Of a DNA stretch of 64,000 nt, positions 24,301 to 36,730 are shown piece after piece. Made by a program: the position numbers and the translations under genes. The notes below the pieces were generated by a model that searched no databases, had not been told where the DNA came from, and was given only the letters and a program-made list of their open reading frames with translations. The DNA comes from Anthoceros angustus (Eukaryota > Plantae > Anthocerotophyta): contig VJWM01000116.1 of assembly GCA_010909165.1 (NCBI GenBank), positions 1-64,000 of the forward strand, read 5' to 3'. Positions within the stretch are counted from its first letter, which is position 1; each line of letters begins with the position of its first letter.

Positions 24301-25940
24301 CGTTGTTGGTGGTGCAGCCCAAGCGACTCATGAGCAGCTAAAGCAGTGCTCTACACGCATCCGTCTCCTTCCAGAAATATTAGGATTACGTTCCTCCAAC
24401 CACTCCATCCCCAAGATTACATCACAATTAGCGCAGCGGAGTTATTGTGCAACGAATGTAATCGAGCGTCCTATCCTAAGAGGTACACACTTACTTTGCG
24501 TCCCGGCTCCCCATTCGCAGTGACAAACCCTAAGTTTTCTTGTGTCCGATCCGTGCTTCGGGCAAACCGTGTTGACATGAAATTACAACTTGCTCCACAG
24601 TCCACGAGGATGGCACAAACACGGCCATCCACACTCCCCTGTACACGTAAGAGATTCCGTACCCTTCGTCTTGGATGGGGGCTAATCTCTGAACAGGCTA
24701 TGGCCGCTTCCCCCTAAGTGGCCATGCCTACAGGTTTTCCGTCTTTTGGGTCTCCACCCCTGCCATAGCTACTATCTCATTCAACTGTGCTCCTCGCCGT
24801 AGTGGTATTGCCGCTGTGGCCTTGCCTCCGGAGCCCTGTCCCTAGCACGGAGGCACACACTAGCTCTGTGCCCCCATTCGTTACAATTAAAACATCGGCC
24901 TCGAAATTCTTGAATCCGCCCAAGCTCCATAGGCACCGCTTCCGAACTAGGGCTAGAAGTCTGTCCTCCACGTAGCCCTCGGTCCCATCCCTTATCCTGC
25001 ATCGTAGTAAAGGGCATCTATTCGTGCTGCTAGTGTCATTGCATCCTGCAATGTCTGGCAGTCCCGTAGTTTCACCTCTTTGCGAACCGTAAACTTCAAT
25101 CCTCGAGTGTAGCGGTCTCGTGTTTCTGCTTCACTCATATCGGGTATGGCCATCACCAGCTCCAAAAACTCACGATTGTATTCAACAACACTCTTCCTCT
25201 GCACCAGTTTCACTAATTTATCTCGGGCGACCTCCGGACCCTCCGTGGAACAAACGTGGTTCGGAGGGCTATCAAAAACTCATCTAAATCTGTGAAGTCG
25301 GCAAGCTCCCTTGCGCGTACCTGATTCTGGCGTCGTAGCCACCAAGTAGACGCCGTTCCCCGCAAAAATCCGGCTGCCAGATCTACCTGCAGAGGTGGGG
25401 GCACCAACTGTAGGCGCACATACCTTTTCACTTGATCAATCCGATTTATCCACGCCCCGGCTCCTCTTTCCCATCGAAGTTCTCGCCTTGATCCCTTTAC
25501 CTTTTCCATACCTTGAAGCCGTGACATAGGGTCACGATGGATTTGCAAGGCCGCTGTAACGCTTGCTCAAGGTGAGCAATCCGCTCACTCGATGCGCGTT
25601 CAAGCTGGGCAATCCTTTCATTTGAGCGGCGGTTGCTAGCTACCGAGCATCCACGCCAGCTCCCCATGGTGCTTCAAATTCCTATTGCGGCGTGTCGGAC
25701 ACCGCCTTGGCCAACTCCTTCGTCCCGCACCACGCCGCGTCACGAGCGTTGGGCGAGGCTCGATACCGATTCTTAAGCTCGGGCGGTGAAGAGTACCAAA
25801 AACTTTGCCTTACAGCCTGCTGTTGCAGCGAGTTCTCCATTTATATCCACAGCCATGGCGGTGGCTCGTACAGTACATCGTATCGGGCAAGGTATACATA
25901 TGTGTCCGTATGTTGCCTAACACTCGTATATCGCCTAACA
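21360..25940 (-). mobile_element. Ty3/Gypsy chromovirus (short LTRs, ~4.6 kb), frameshifted as assembled
   Basis: LTRs at 21360-21522 and 25771-25940; TSD CGAAT (right) and CCAAT (left); degenerate iMet PBS at ~25757-25770; gag with CFNCNEWGHRASVC; protease ILVDCGASCNF; RT (GFIRPSKSPYGAP); RNase H; integrase 22219-22845; chromodomain YEVDRILKHR...EYLV..EAT.EP..NL at ~21570-21700. Confidence 0.93.
22219..22845 (-). pseudogene. Gypsy integrase (HHCC + core)
   Basis: AHETPSAGHRG...YYWP...CGICQR..GLLQP...DFVVGLP...SIVSDRDPRFTSQFW. Confidence 0.92.
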
Positions 25941-27219
25941 CGAATGAAGGCACCTTCCTTTCACATGCTGGCATGATGTGGGAAGGTCTCAATTGCTTGA
26001 ATCCATGGACAGATATCACGGGATAGCTCAACAATCTGAGCACTAGGCTTGTATATTAGATCTCCTAGGGTATGTTGGACGCTTGACATTGACCAGAGGA
26101 AGAGCTCTTGTGGAAGCATGCCAATGGAGCCTCATGTCAAGTACGTCAGTTCATGTACCTAATTTGCAATTGAACTTGATATGACACTTGCATTGAATAA
26201 CGCGTGAGCTGGGTGAATTGGATGGTTAAGATATTGGGGTTTCACCAGAGCAGCACAGCAGTGAGTGAAGGTGACGTCGCATACGACATGACCCACGGCG
26301 TTCAGGCTGACGATCGCCATGAAGGCTTGGAATGGGTCAGCAATTCTACACCACTGACAATAGTGCGTGTAAATCAGAGTCCGCTTAGCTCGCACAAAGA
26401 TGAACTTGGATCGTTTGGATCCCGTCAACTGACTGAACGTCTGCATGTGCAGGCCCCAAAATTGCTGAGGCTCTTGCAGGCAGGACCTCAGATGGGTACA
26501 AGAGAGTCGTGCGGGAGCGGGAGGCTCTTTTGCTCCACCTCCAGCTCCAGGCCGCCGCCGCCAGAGGGAGCCTTCCTTGGTCAGGAGGTGAATTCCTCAA
26601 GTTTTGAAAAGGTTGAGTTAAAAAGGAACCTCCCCTGCTGTGGTGGCTTTCAAGGAAGGGGAGGTCATTGAAACTTTTTCTGGTTTTTGCTTTCATGACG
26701 AGCAGGATTCATGTCACTGAGCAATCCTGATGTTGTTTCATGAGAAGCCTACAGTTGGAGCTGTAGGATCATTCTGCTCTCGCTGCTCTTCAGAAACTTC
26801 TAGTGGAGGCCCCATCAGGTAGGTTCAACAGCTTCTGCCATGTGCTTAAGTCAACTTGTTCCTCCATGGTGCTAACATTCTCCTCGTGAGCCATGACCTG
26901 TAGTGATTCCTACAGCCGTGATACAGCTGATGAACAAACAGCTGCCTCTAATGGAAACCTAGCTTATAAACTTCAAGTTCGGCCATGTTCGATCATGGCG
27001 GTAGTCTGGTGGCCATTTGCGTGCTTTTAATTCTTTTCTTCTTCTACATGCACGCACGGATGCCGAGTGGCCAAGTGGTCTAGACACTTTCAGGCATGTG
27101 AGGCCGGCATGCTCTGGCGTGCCAGTTTTGGGGACTTGTATTTCAGATTCTGAGATGCCAGACGTCTGGATCAGACTGTGTACAGAAATGGTCGTCTGCA
27201 GCTTGTGATGGCAGGTAGT

Positions 27220-28000
27220 GTTTTGCGGTGCCCTTTCTACTATGCACAGCTTGGCTAGTCGTGGCTCTCATCACGCTATGTTACCTTGTTGTTCCATAGG
27301 TGTTTCTGTAGCTTGGGTGTGGAAGGTGGCTTTCGCGGGGTCTCCAAAGTTTGTGTTTGGTGATGTGTTGGGTGATTTATATAAACTTGATTTCGCTATA
27401 AAGCATATTCCAGCGAAATGCAATTCGACAAAAGAGGTTACATGTGTGCACTGGGTGCAACATGACCGGGTCGCGGCCCTTAGGGTCTCACTTTGATGTC
27501 CTCTGCTGGATGGGGTCTCCCCATCGATATTGGTCCCCTAAATAACGAAGAATTGTGAACGCTAGCCGTGGTAGAATTGAGACAGTTTTACAATGCCGGA
27601 TGGACCCGATGAACGTGGAGGGTCCTTCCCTCCTCTCCTTCGAGGTGGCACACACCTCGTTGTTGTTTTCTTGCCATGGAGTCTCGTTCTTGTTGATTGT
27701 GTGGCCATGGAGTCTCGTTCTTGTTGATTGTCTGGCCATGGAGCCTCGTTGTTGCAGTTGTCTGGCCGTGGAGCCTGGTTGTTGTTGTTGTCTGGCCATG
27801 GAGCCGCTCTTGTTTCTCCCGCACAGTCCGCTCCTGGCCAACCGCCATTCCTGCGCGGAAGAGCTCGCTATGGCACTACGAGCACCACCCCTCCTCACCC
27901 ACCGCCATTGCAAGGACAGCCAATCTTTGTGGTCGATCGATCATCCTCTTCATCGCCTGTGGGTTGGAAGGGACAACTACGTCTCCTCCACGGTGGCAGG
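27220..28000 (+). pseudogene. Partial copy of the duplicated F-box-like module, with a 30-bp repeat array at 27660-27810
   Basis: Shares TGGACCCGATGAACGTGGAGGGTC and upstream sequence with 6703, 34245 and 41086. Confidence 0.55.
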
Positions 28001-29500
28001 AGCTGGCAGCTCCAGCACATTCGAGCTCATCTCCTCTTCTGGGACGTTGGGTGCATGAAGAGAAGCAGCAACCCTGGCCGGCACCTGCCGAGGAAGAGGA
28101 CATGTGGCAATTCCAGAGTCTCAGAGTCTCTTGGAACGGGCCGAGTGGCCGCAGAATGCCCTCCACTACACTCCTGGGCACCACAAGCGTGCAGTCCTCC
28201 GAGTCACGGGCAGGTCAAGGAGAGAGAACTCCTTGCTTGGCGGTCCACATGGTTGAGGCAGTCCATGGACCTGGGGAGCAGTTAGAGGACCTCGGTCACA
28301 GCCGCCGAGGGAACCTGGTCCTGCATCTCTACCTGGATCCTCATCTGGGCCATACTGCTTCCCAGCCCCCATATTGCCGGAGCGCGCCAGACCAGGACCA
28401 GCTTCCCGCGGATGCAGGCCTGCTGGGAGTGGCGCATGGCGGCCGCTCCCTGTGTCTGCGGAACCATGGACAGGTGTACAGGAGTCAAGGTGCTGGAGCT
28501 GAAGGAGGGATGTGGAAGAGCCTTCTTCATCTTCAGCCGAAGACCAGTGACACCATGAGCAACACAACACAACACAACACAAGAAGGTGAAGCGCGGGCA
28601 CTACACTACTGGAGGGACCAGAGCGGCTCCATGGTCAGACAGCGACGAGGTGTCTGCTACCTCCATGGCAACGAGAGCGCAAGGAGGAGCTGGCGAGGGG
28701 AGAGAGGATGAGAGCTCAAGAGGAGCTGATGATCGAGGCAAAGGGAGGAAGAGAGCTCAAGGAGGAGCTGGAGCTGCGTGGGGAAGAGAGGAAGTGTGCT
28801 TTTAGGGATGGCTGTGGGTTCCTTTTATAGGTCGGAGAGGAGAAAGGGGAGAGGCCAGGGAGCCTGAGCCTGAGCCTGCAAGGGCAGCTAGCTGACGCAG
28901 CAGGTATCTTCCGCCGAGGTCCGTGCTATTGCGTGGGAGGGGGCAGCTGGGGAATTCCTGTCCTGGTGGGGGCCAGGACAGGAATTTGTCGGAGCAGGTG
29001 TCCTCCCGAGGCTTCGCACGCCAACCAGATGTTGCTCTCAGTGCTGGTAGGCCTTCAGTTCAAGCTCGCCCGGACTGTTTTCAAAGTGGGTCACAGGGTA
29101 CCGGGGACTGGGCCATGGGCTTTTATGTAAGGCGTGTGCTGTCGGCAGGCTGGCTGGATTTCGCTCCTTCCCCAATTCAAGCATTCCAATGTGAACCCGT
29201 TTCTGATTTCTTTTTAACTAAACTTTTCTTTCTTTAATTATTTATTTTTGAATTCAAACACCGCAGCTTATAGTGTATATTGCACACAATTCAAATTCTT
29301 TTAAGCCTCTCTTGGCATATTGGATCGCTGGATTATGCTTCTCGCTCCCTCCCCAAGCACCCAAATGTCAAATGTGGATCAAAGAACTTCTCCAAAGGAC
29401 CTTCAAACTACCAATGAGTGCAGAGATTAGTGTCACATGCCATGACAGCTTTGTAAAAGTTGTGTATGGTGATAAACACCATCTTTGGACCCGGCTTTCA
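28000..29500 (-). pseudogene. Inverted copy of the promoter and 5' part of the F-box-like module (ATG at 28666)
   Basis: The reverse complement matches 5760-6520 and 33560-33830; LGSSMAQMRIQVE resembles LGSNMVHMSIMVE of the 9840 copy. Confidence 0.6.
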
Positions 29501-30174
29501 TGGGAGTTTAGTATTTGATTAGAATTAATTAATATAATTACTTATCTTTAAGTAAATAATTAGTATTAGTACTAAAATGCTTATGTTAATCAAGCATTGA
29601 TTAGTGGTTTGCATGTTAATTATACATAATTAGCAATAACTAAGTAGATAAGCACAAGTAATATGCTTTAGCATATTCCTTGCATATTATAGTATATTCT
29701 TAGGATATTTCTAGCATATGCTGATGCCAATAGGATATCTTAAGAATATGCCGATGCCAAGGGCTAGTATATATGTACCTGTCACAAAGGACAAGCCCAA
29801 ATCATAGTTTGTCCTCTAGATATGCAATGCAAAAGTGTTATGAGGCCAAAGCTATGAGTCCGATAGCGATGTGTGAGGAATTTGCGTGTTGTGGGGAGAG
29901 TATGTTTGTGCCACGATGTCCGAGCTTCTCTCTCCTATTGGTTATTTAATTTATTTGCTTGGTTGTCTGTTGCGGAAGTGCTTATATGATGCAAGTACTT
30001 ACCTCTTGCGACAAAGCAAAAGCATGGAAGCTACTTACAATACTTGTTTGCATGCAATATGGAGACGGGCTCCGGGTGAAGAGCTGTGCAAGTGTTGGTG
30101 AGTTTCCTAGTTCAACTCTTTAAGTGCTAAAAGTTATCGGCTTTAAGTTCTTACATCGGTCACAGTGCATCAAG

Positions 30175-30424
30175 AGGTGGATTGAGGAAATATAGAGAAA
30201 AAATTGATATTAACTTAATCTGTCCTAGTTCTTGAGGAAGACACAACCGTAGAGTGCAGAGTGGACTGAGAAAAAATAGATGCAAAATCTAGATTACCTT
30301 AACCTATCCTAGTTCCTAAGCAAGACACAATAATAGCATGCAGAGTGGATTGGGAAAATTAGAGACAATATCTAGATTACCTTAACCTATCTCAATTCCT
30401 AAGTAAGACACAAGAATAGTATGC
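30175..30424. repeat. Three ~84-bp tandem repeats in an AT-rich, TE-like segment
   Basis: GAGTGGA.TG..AAA..TAGA...AT.TAGATTACCTTAACCTATC..AGTTCCTAAG.AAGACACAA, three times. Confidence 0.8.
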
Positions 30425-30822
30425 ACACTTCATACATCAGCTAGAACTCACAATCAAAGGAGGCTTTCCGTAAATTGGCTTTTGGTTTTATAGTTCACTA
30501 TAAGATTATTCATTTAATACCTAACTAATTATTAGTTAGTGGGAGTGTTAAAATAGGAGGTATATCATAAGTACTCTAACTAGCTAGGCTAGGTACCTTA
30601 AGGTATTTAGGGTTATATTTCTTTATCGAAAAGCTGTGACTCTTCACACAAACTCTACAAGCACATACTATTTTACAGTCTCATCCACTATGTCATCCTC
30701 TGTTCATTAATCTACAACCTAATGCACATTACAAGACATAAATATACTATAAGAGCTACATAATATAGTAATATAATTAGGAAGCTAATAAATATTGTAA
30801 AATTTATCTTTGAGCACCTTCT

Positions 30823-33300
30823 TGTTACAGATTTGGGATTCGTCCCTTAGGTTCGATCTGCTTGTGGCCTTCCACTATTACCTACACTCTAATCCTCTAC
30901 TCATCATCCTCCTCAGCGCTCAACTCAACTCAACTCATCATCCTCCTCCTACTCTAACTTCACTTCGAGCTCGGTGGCCTCGGCTCGGCCTTACGGCACA
31001 ACTGCCTGGGGTCCGCAAGCCAGCAAGTTCTTCCTTGGGCCGGTTGCTGTGAGTTTGACACCAGATAGCGAGAACCTCCAGGGAGTCTTTCCCTGTAGTC
31101 TACCCTCAAGCTGAGAGTTCCTTGGTCATCGCCACACACCCAAAGCAAAGCAATCTCACAGCAACCATTCACAAGGGGAGCAACTCGTTGAGGCACCCGC
31201 AGGGAGCGAGCCCTCTATCAAGCACTCCGACCACTGCGAACTTCCTCCCTACCAGATATTGCGTTGGCTTGCAGCCGACACGAAATTCCTTCACGAGGAG
31301 GAAAGGACTTGCGAGTATGGAAGTGCAGGACGTGATACTTTACTTCGTGAAATCCTCCCCCTCTTATAGGAGGATCCCCATATGCGACCTCCCTCGGGTG
31401 TGCCTGTTGCAGGCCACCTTTCCCAATATTTTATTATTTCCTACCACCAGTATTTAAGTCTTGGCATCCAAGTCTTTTGTCTCATCCAAGTTAAATTCTA
31501 TTCTAGTAGTTTCACCAATGTCAACCTTTAAATAAGTTTAGCCTACACCACCCATCCTTCCCGTTTCCTAAAGCACATTTATGGTCATTGACCAATTTGA
31601 TCTTGATCCTACTGGGATGGTGACGGGTTCTATTCTGGTTGGCCTCCTCCTCTCCTTTTGTTGCTGGCTCCTCCTCAGCCTCGGGCACCTCTTTGACTTG
31701 TGGGACAAGAGTCTTTCTCGCCCCCTCTTCCTTCACAGCGGGGGTGGCGCTCCATTTCCTCTTGTCCCCCGTTGGTCGCGCCTCGTCCTCCCCTCAGCCG
31801 GCCCATCTTCACCGAGCTTCTTCGCTGGCCGCGCCTCTGCAGAGGTCATCCTACCGCGGTAGGCTAGCAACCTACCGGGGTAGGCTGACCACCTACCGCG
31901 GTAGGTTGGTCACTTCCTCCCAATGCTGCTCTCTTCTCTTGCCATTCCGGAGAGGGCTTCTTGGGTCAAGATCTTCTTCGCTCTGTCGCCTGTTGTTGGA
32001 TTGGTCCATACCTACCATAGAGCATCTTCAGAGATCCTTCCTCCCCATCAACCGACCGGTAGTGCCTTCCCCCTTACTACTTCTTCCGGGCCTTCTTTGC
32101 ATTGGACTCCTCTCCAGGCTCCGGTTCCTCCCTTGGCCATGGGGCGAGGGAATTTCTCACCCCTTCTCCTGCCATGACGGGTCGTACCCCATCCTTGGTT
32201 TCCTCCGGCAGCATTACTCCGCAAGCCGCCTTCTCATCCGTCCCAGGGGGCATGTTGTTGGGTCTTTTTGTCCCTCCATCCTCAGCAGGGCTCCCCTAGC
32301 ATGCTGCCTTCGCTAGATCTACGCCCGTAGGCCCTTGTCCTACTGCGGTAGGTTGCCTACTTACCGTGGTAGGGTGATCACCTACTATGGTAGGTTGATC
32401 ACCTGCAAGCATAGGTTGACTCCCTACCTTGCCTCCTGCGCCATCTCCTTCCCGTGGCGCTGTGGACTCTTCCCCCTCCACTCCTTCCTCCGACTCTTCG
32501 GAGTCTAAATCACTCCTAGCCTCATCAAAATCCGAGGCATCCGGTCTTACTTGCAGAAGAGTCTCCCGTTCGTTATCATGAGGCCCCAAAGTCCTCCTCT
32601 TCGTGAGGCGTAGCACCTCATTGTTGGCCTTCACGAGATCCAAGTTGTAATTTTTATACTAGTTAAGTTGAGTTTATTGCATGCCGACGCCCACACACAT
32701 GTGCCGTGCACCATACCTGGAGGCAAAATTTTGTCCGAACGAACCAAACCTCGACGAGGCAGTAATAAGACCCAAATGCCTAAACCGAGAACATTAAGAA
32801 TCACGGGTTTTGGGACTATACGGTGAATCTGAAATTGGTCCAGGGTTTCTGAAAGCGGCTTCGTATATTCAGCCGCTTCAAATATTATCGTGTTCTGAGT
32901 TCCCTTTTGCAGAGTGAGCTCACTTTGTGAAGGCTGGTGCTGGAATAAGGTGCCGGTGAATCCATCCCGGTAGGTCTAGACTTCCTCGCCTATGAGGTAG
33001 GGTGTCGTGCTTGAAGGCATCGGTTCTCTCTTCGGTTCAATTGGACGCTGTCCTCATGCTTGTGAAATGTGTGTGAATTCCGGACACACCACACAAGCTT
33101 GGAAACACTGGAGACACCTGGTTCTTGGCCGGACGGACCATTCACTTAAAGGGATAACTTCAAAACCAAGCTTACCTTTCACAAGTCTGCTCTATCCTGC
33201 GACCCTATGACCTGCATCGAAAGAGTGGTCGGAAATCTTTGGTAGGGCTCATAGGCTTGAAAAATATGAAAAATAGAGTGTTGGACAATGTGGGGCTGCA
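30823..33300 (-). mobile_element. Probable second large solo LTR (~2.48 kb)
   Basis: TG...CA termini; minus-strand TATAAGAGGGG at ~31365 in the same relative position as in the 647-2978 LTR; the right end is exactly where duplicated host sequence resumes; no TSD seen. Confidence 0.55.
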
Positions 33301-34096
33301 AAGAAGAACAGCTCAGCATGAACGCTAGTTGCGGTAGAAATCAGATTCAGGTTTACAACGTCGGATGCTTGCAACTGGGGAAGGAGGGCGGCGAGAACAA
33401 TCCAGCGAACCAGCGTACACGCCTGGATGCAATCTGCCGGCTGGCCCGGGCGGCGTTGTGCAACGGGTATGCGGACTCGTCCCGGATTGCTACATGAATA
33501 TGTAGCTAATGTACGAACGCATCTAACGGAGACATATATGTATATATCCTGGCGCTGTGGGCGAGTGCGAAATGCCCTTGAGCCGTCCAGGAAGCTTCGA
33601 AACTTCGGCATCAGAAGGCCAGGGCCCAGGACCCTGTGACCCACTTTGCATCCGGCTCGGGCTTGTCCCACTGGCTTCAGCTGGAAATTTCCGCTGCGAT
33701 GCGTCAGCTGTCCTTGCAGACTCCTGGCCTCCCAACCTCCTGCCCTCGTTCCCTATTCCCTCGGACCTATAAAGGGAACCCACAGCCATCCCTAGAAGCT
33801 CACTTCCTCTCTTCCCTCGCCAGCTCCTGCTTGACCTCTTGAGGCCCCAGCTCCTGCTTGACCTCTTGAGGCCCCAGCTCCTGCTTGACTCTTGAGGCCC
33901 CAGCTCCTGCTTGACTCTTGAGCTCTTGCCCCAGCTCCTGCTTGACCCCTTGAGCTCTTGCCCTCGGCTCTTGCTTCAGCTCTCATCGTCGCTTGACTCT
34001 TGAGCTCTTGCCCCAGCTCCTGCTTGACCCCTTGAGCTCTTGCCCTCGGCTCTTGCTTCAGCTCTCATCGTCAGTAGCTGTCTTCCTTCCCTGGCC

Positions 34097-36100
34097 ATGT
34101 GTTCGCAGCAGCAACGCTCTTCCTGCGGTAGCGTGATGCACGAGGATGATGCCGTTTGGTCCGACTTATGGAACTGGCGTGTATGAAACTCGTGCTGAAG
34201 AGAGCCGTGCATATATGGTGCGCGCAAGGTATCGCTAGCGCTATTGGACCCGATGAACGTGGAGGGTCCTTCCTCTTCTGCATTGAGGTGGCACACAACG
34301 AGTTCAACTCATTGTTGTTGCTGTGTGGCCACGTAGCCTCGTTCTCGTTGTTTAAGTTGTCTGGCCATGGTGCCTCCTTGTAGTTGTTGTGGTGTGGCTA
34401 TAGAACCTCGTAGTTGTTGTTGTGGTGCGGCTATGGAGTCTCGTTGTTGTTGTTGTGTGGCTATGGAGTCTCCATGGTGTTGTTGTCTGGCCATGGAGCC
34501 TCATTGCTTTTGTTCTCTGGCCGTGGAGCCTCATTGCTTTTGTTCTCTGGCCATGGAGCCTCATTGCTTTTGTTCTCTGGCCATGGAGCTGCTCTTGCCT
34601 CTTCTCAATCCCTCCGCCTTCACCCCATGTTTCTCGGGATGTATACCCCATCCCGGTTGCAAGCTGTAGGAACTTCGCCATGGCTCCCAGCTGGATCCCT
34701 CCATCATCATCCCCAACCTTGCCGGCATGGCGGAGGAGGCGCTACGGGTGGACGAGGATGCCAATGTGTTCCACTCCTAGTTTGGCCACCTGCCTGCCTG
34801 GAGGCGCCTGGTCGGGAGCCACGCCGACCTCCACATCCGCTGCGCTGCCGGCAAGGTAATCAACCAACGCAAACTCCCTTTGCTCATCATCTTAATGCGC
34901 TATGCGAGTGTGGTCTTGATAACTCCCATCATTCCAGCAGCTTGTTTGCTTGCAATTGCTTGCAGAATGCCACAAGCTTGGTTTGCAAGCACCTTGGCTG
35001 ATGTATCCTTATACGCATGCATGTGCAGGCCATGAGGTCGCGGGACATGTCACTGGCCACCGGTACCACCCACATCGACGGGGCCGGAATACCGGGTGCA
35101 CCTTCGTGATGTCCTACCGCGTGACGCAGCCTGGAGCTTGAGCCTACACAGTCAGAGGTTAGCCTACGGTTTCCCTTGGTACCCCGGCTGGCCGCCCTTT
35201 GTATCCCCGCGCGCTGATCATTCGACTACTGCCTGTAGGTTTTAACCCTCTGAGGAGGCCGCCATCGCTCACGCCATGGCCATCTTCGTGCAGCGGACGG
35301 GCCAGCGGCGACTGGTGACGGTGATGGACGTGTGCGGGCCAAAGGTGGTTGACGTCTTGCTGCTCCTCTGCTTCGGGAGGATGCTGGGCACCCGGCCGGG
35401 GCAGCATCGATCCAAGTACGGGCGGTGCTGGAGGCCGCACGCTGGGCATGAAGCCGTCTGGCTTAGCTCCCTCGGATGGGTTCTTGGATGAGCTCGGCAG
35501 CAGCATGTTCCCCTGCGGCCATATCAAGGTCGTGAAGCTCTCATGCTGCGGCAGTTGTGATCCTCATGTTGGTCATTGCCCGCATTGTACGGAGCTTCTT
35601 CTAATGGAAGCACCCTGGTGAATGAGCGCCTAGGTCCTGCTCAGCTTTCCTGTCCGAGCTGGAGGAAGACGCCACCATCGGTAGCGATTACTTGTGGACG
35701 TGGTTTGTGCTAGCTGCGATGCTGCTGGCTGTTGTTGTGGTGCAGAGCACGGGCGTGCTGAAGTGGCTGCTCCAACGGCCCCATGGTTGTGCCCCCAGCG
35801 CCTCCTGCCTGCCGCTTGCGCCCATCACCTTTACGTCATCGGCCTGGTGACGCAACCCAACAGCCTAGATTACAGAGTATATGCCCCTGGCGGGCCTTCT
35901 TCCCTAGGCACTGGTGAGTATCTATGTAGGAGACTTCAGGACGAAGCTCAGGACCTGCTCCTGCTCCTGATTATGCATGTATGCACATACATACACGGAG
36001 ATCTCCAGGAGCTCAGTAGTCTAGATTTGTCTTTGTTACAGGCCATATATCTAGTTTATGGATAGTGAATTCTAAGGTTACGACACTTCAAGTGTAGTCG
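34097..36100 (+). pseudogene. Paralogue of the F-box-like gene lacking a recognisable F-box (copy at 40938-42950); 24-bp and 30-bp repeat arrays in the leader and 5' region
   Basis: Start MCSQQQRSSC vs MSSQQQRSSC at 6515; GLVTQPNS..Y.VY shared with 13141; early stop codon. Confidence 0.6.
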
Positions 36101-36299
36101 GAGACTGTGGAACGGGACTCACACATGTACCCTATTGCACACATGAGTCTGTATTGCACACATATGATGTTAGCATCTAGACACTGGACAGCACCGCTCA
36201 TGGTTTACTCCACACATGTACTCCTGACTACCTAATGAGGATTATTAGCTGCTTATCCTCGGCCATCCTTATCATCAGCTCACATTCTCACAGGTGACA

Positions 36300-36730
36300 A
36301 GCAGAGGACTCCTAGATGACATACTGCTTGGCACCTGCGTTGCGGACATGAACAAAATGTGGCGAACTGGAAGATGCACGCCGAGCTTTTGACTGCTTGG
36401 TCGCTTTAAAGGGTGTGGTCAGACATTCCATTGCTGGGTATGCAAACCATGAGCGGTGCTGTGCAGTGTCTAGATGCTAACATCATGCAACCATGCTAAA
36501 CATGGGAAGCCTAATGAGGCCATACAACTGAACCTTCAAATACTTACCTCAGGGTGAATTAAGCGGGCGAGCCCTTTTGCAGCTGCTCTTCAAGCTGGCG
36601 CTTTTCGGCCTACTTGGAGTCTGGCAGGAAAGTGCACTGCGATGTGTTGCACAGTTTCTCGTAACTTGTTTCTCGTCACCTGCCTCGTGGAAATCACCGT
36701 ATGCCGAAATGTGGCGAACTGGGACTGCAA
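36300..36730 (+). pseudogene. PPR fragment (copy at 43140-43570)
   Basis: KCGELEDARRAFDCL, IAGYANH and LESGRKVHCDV motifs; homologous to 14500-15100. Confidence 0.7.

Larger units (their letters stand above)
20968..26200 (+). pseudogene. PLS-class PPR fragment split by the Gypsy insertion (a further fragment at 19050-19340; uninterrupted paralogue at 44465-45130)
   Basis: MYAKCESLEDA, MYAK..LDDA, YHQMLMASIHPNEGTF and EHYACILDL motifs; the flanks join to match 44881. Confidence 0.8.

Noticed and set aside
30538-30620. Copia PPT + LTR start (AGTGGGAGTGTTA)
   Set aside because: No partner LTR, PBS or coding remnant could be identified
33820-34590. CRISPR-like appearance of the 24-bp and 30-bp arrays (also the 39-bp and 84-bp arrays)
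   Set aside because: Head-to-tail repeats without unique spacers, no cas genes, eukaryotic context
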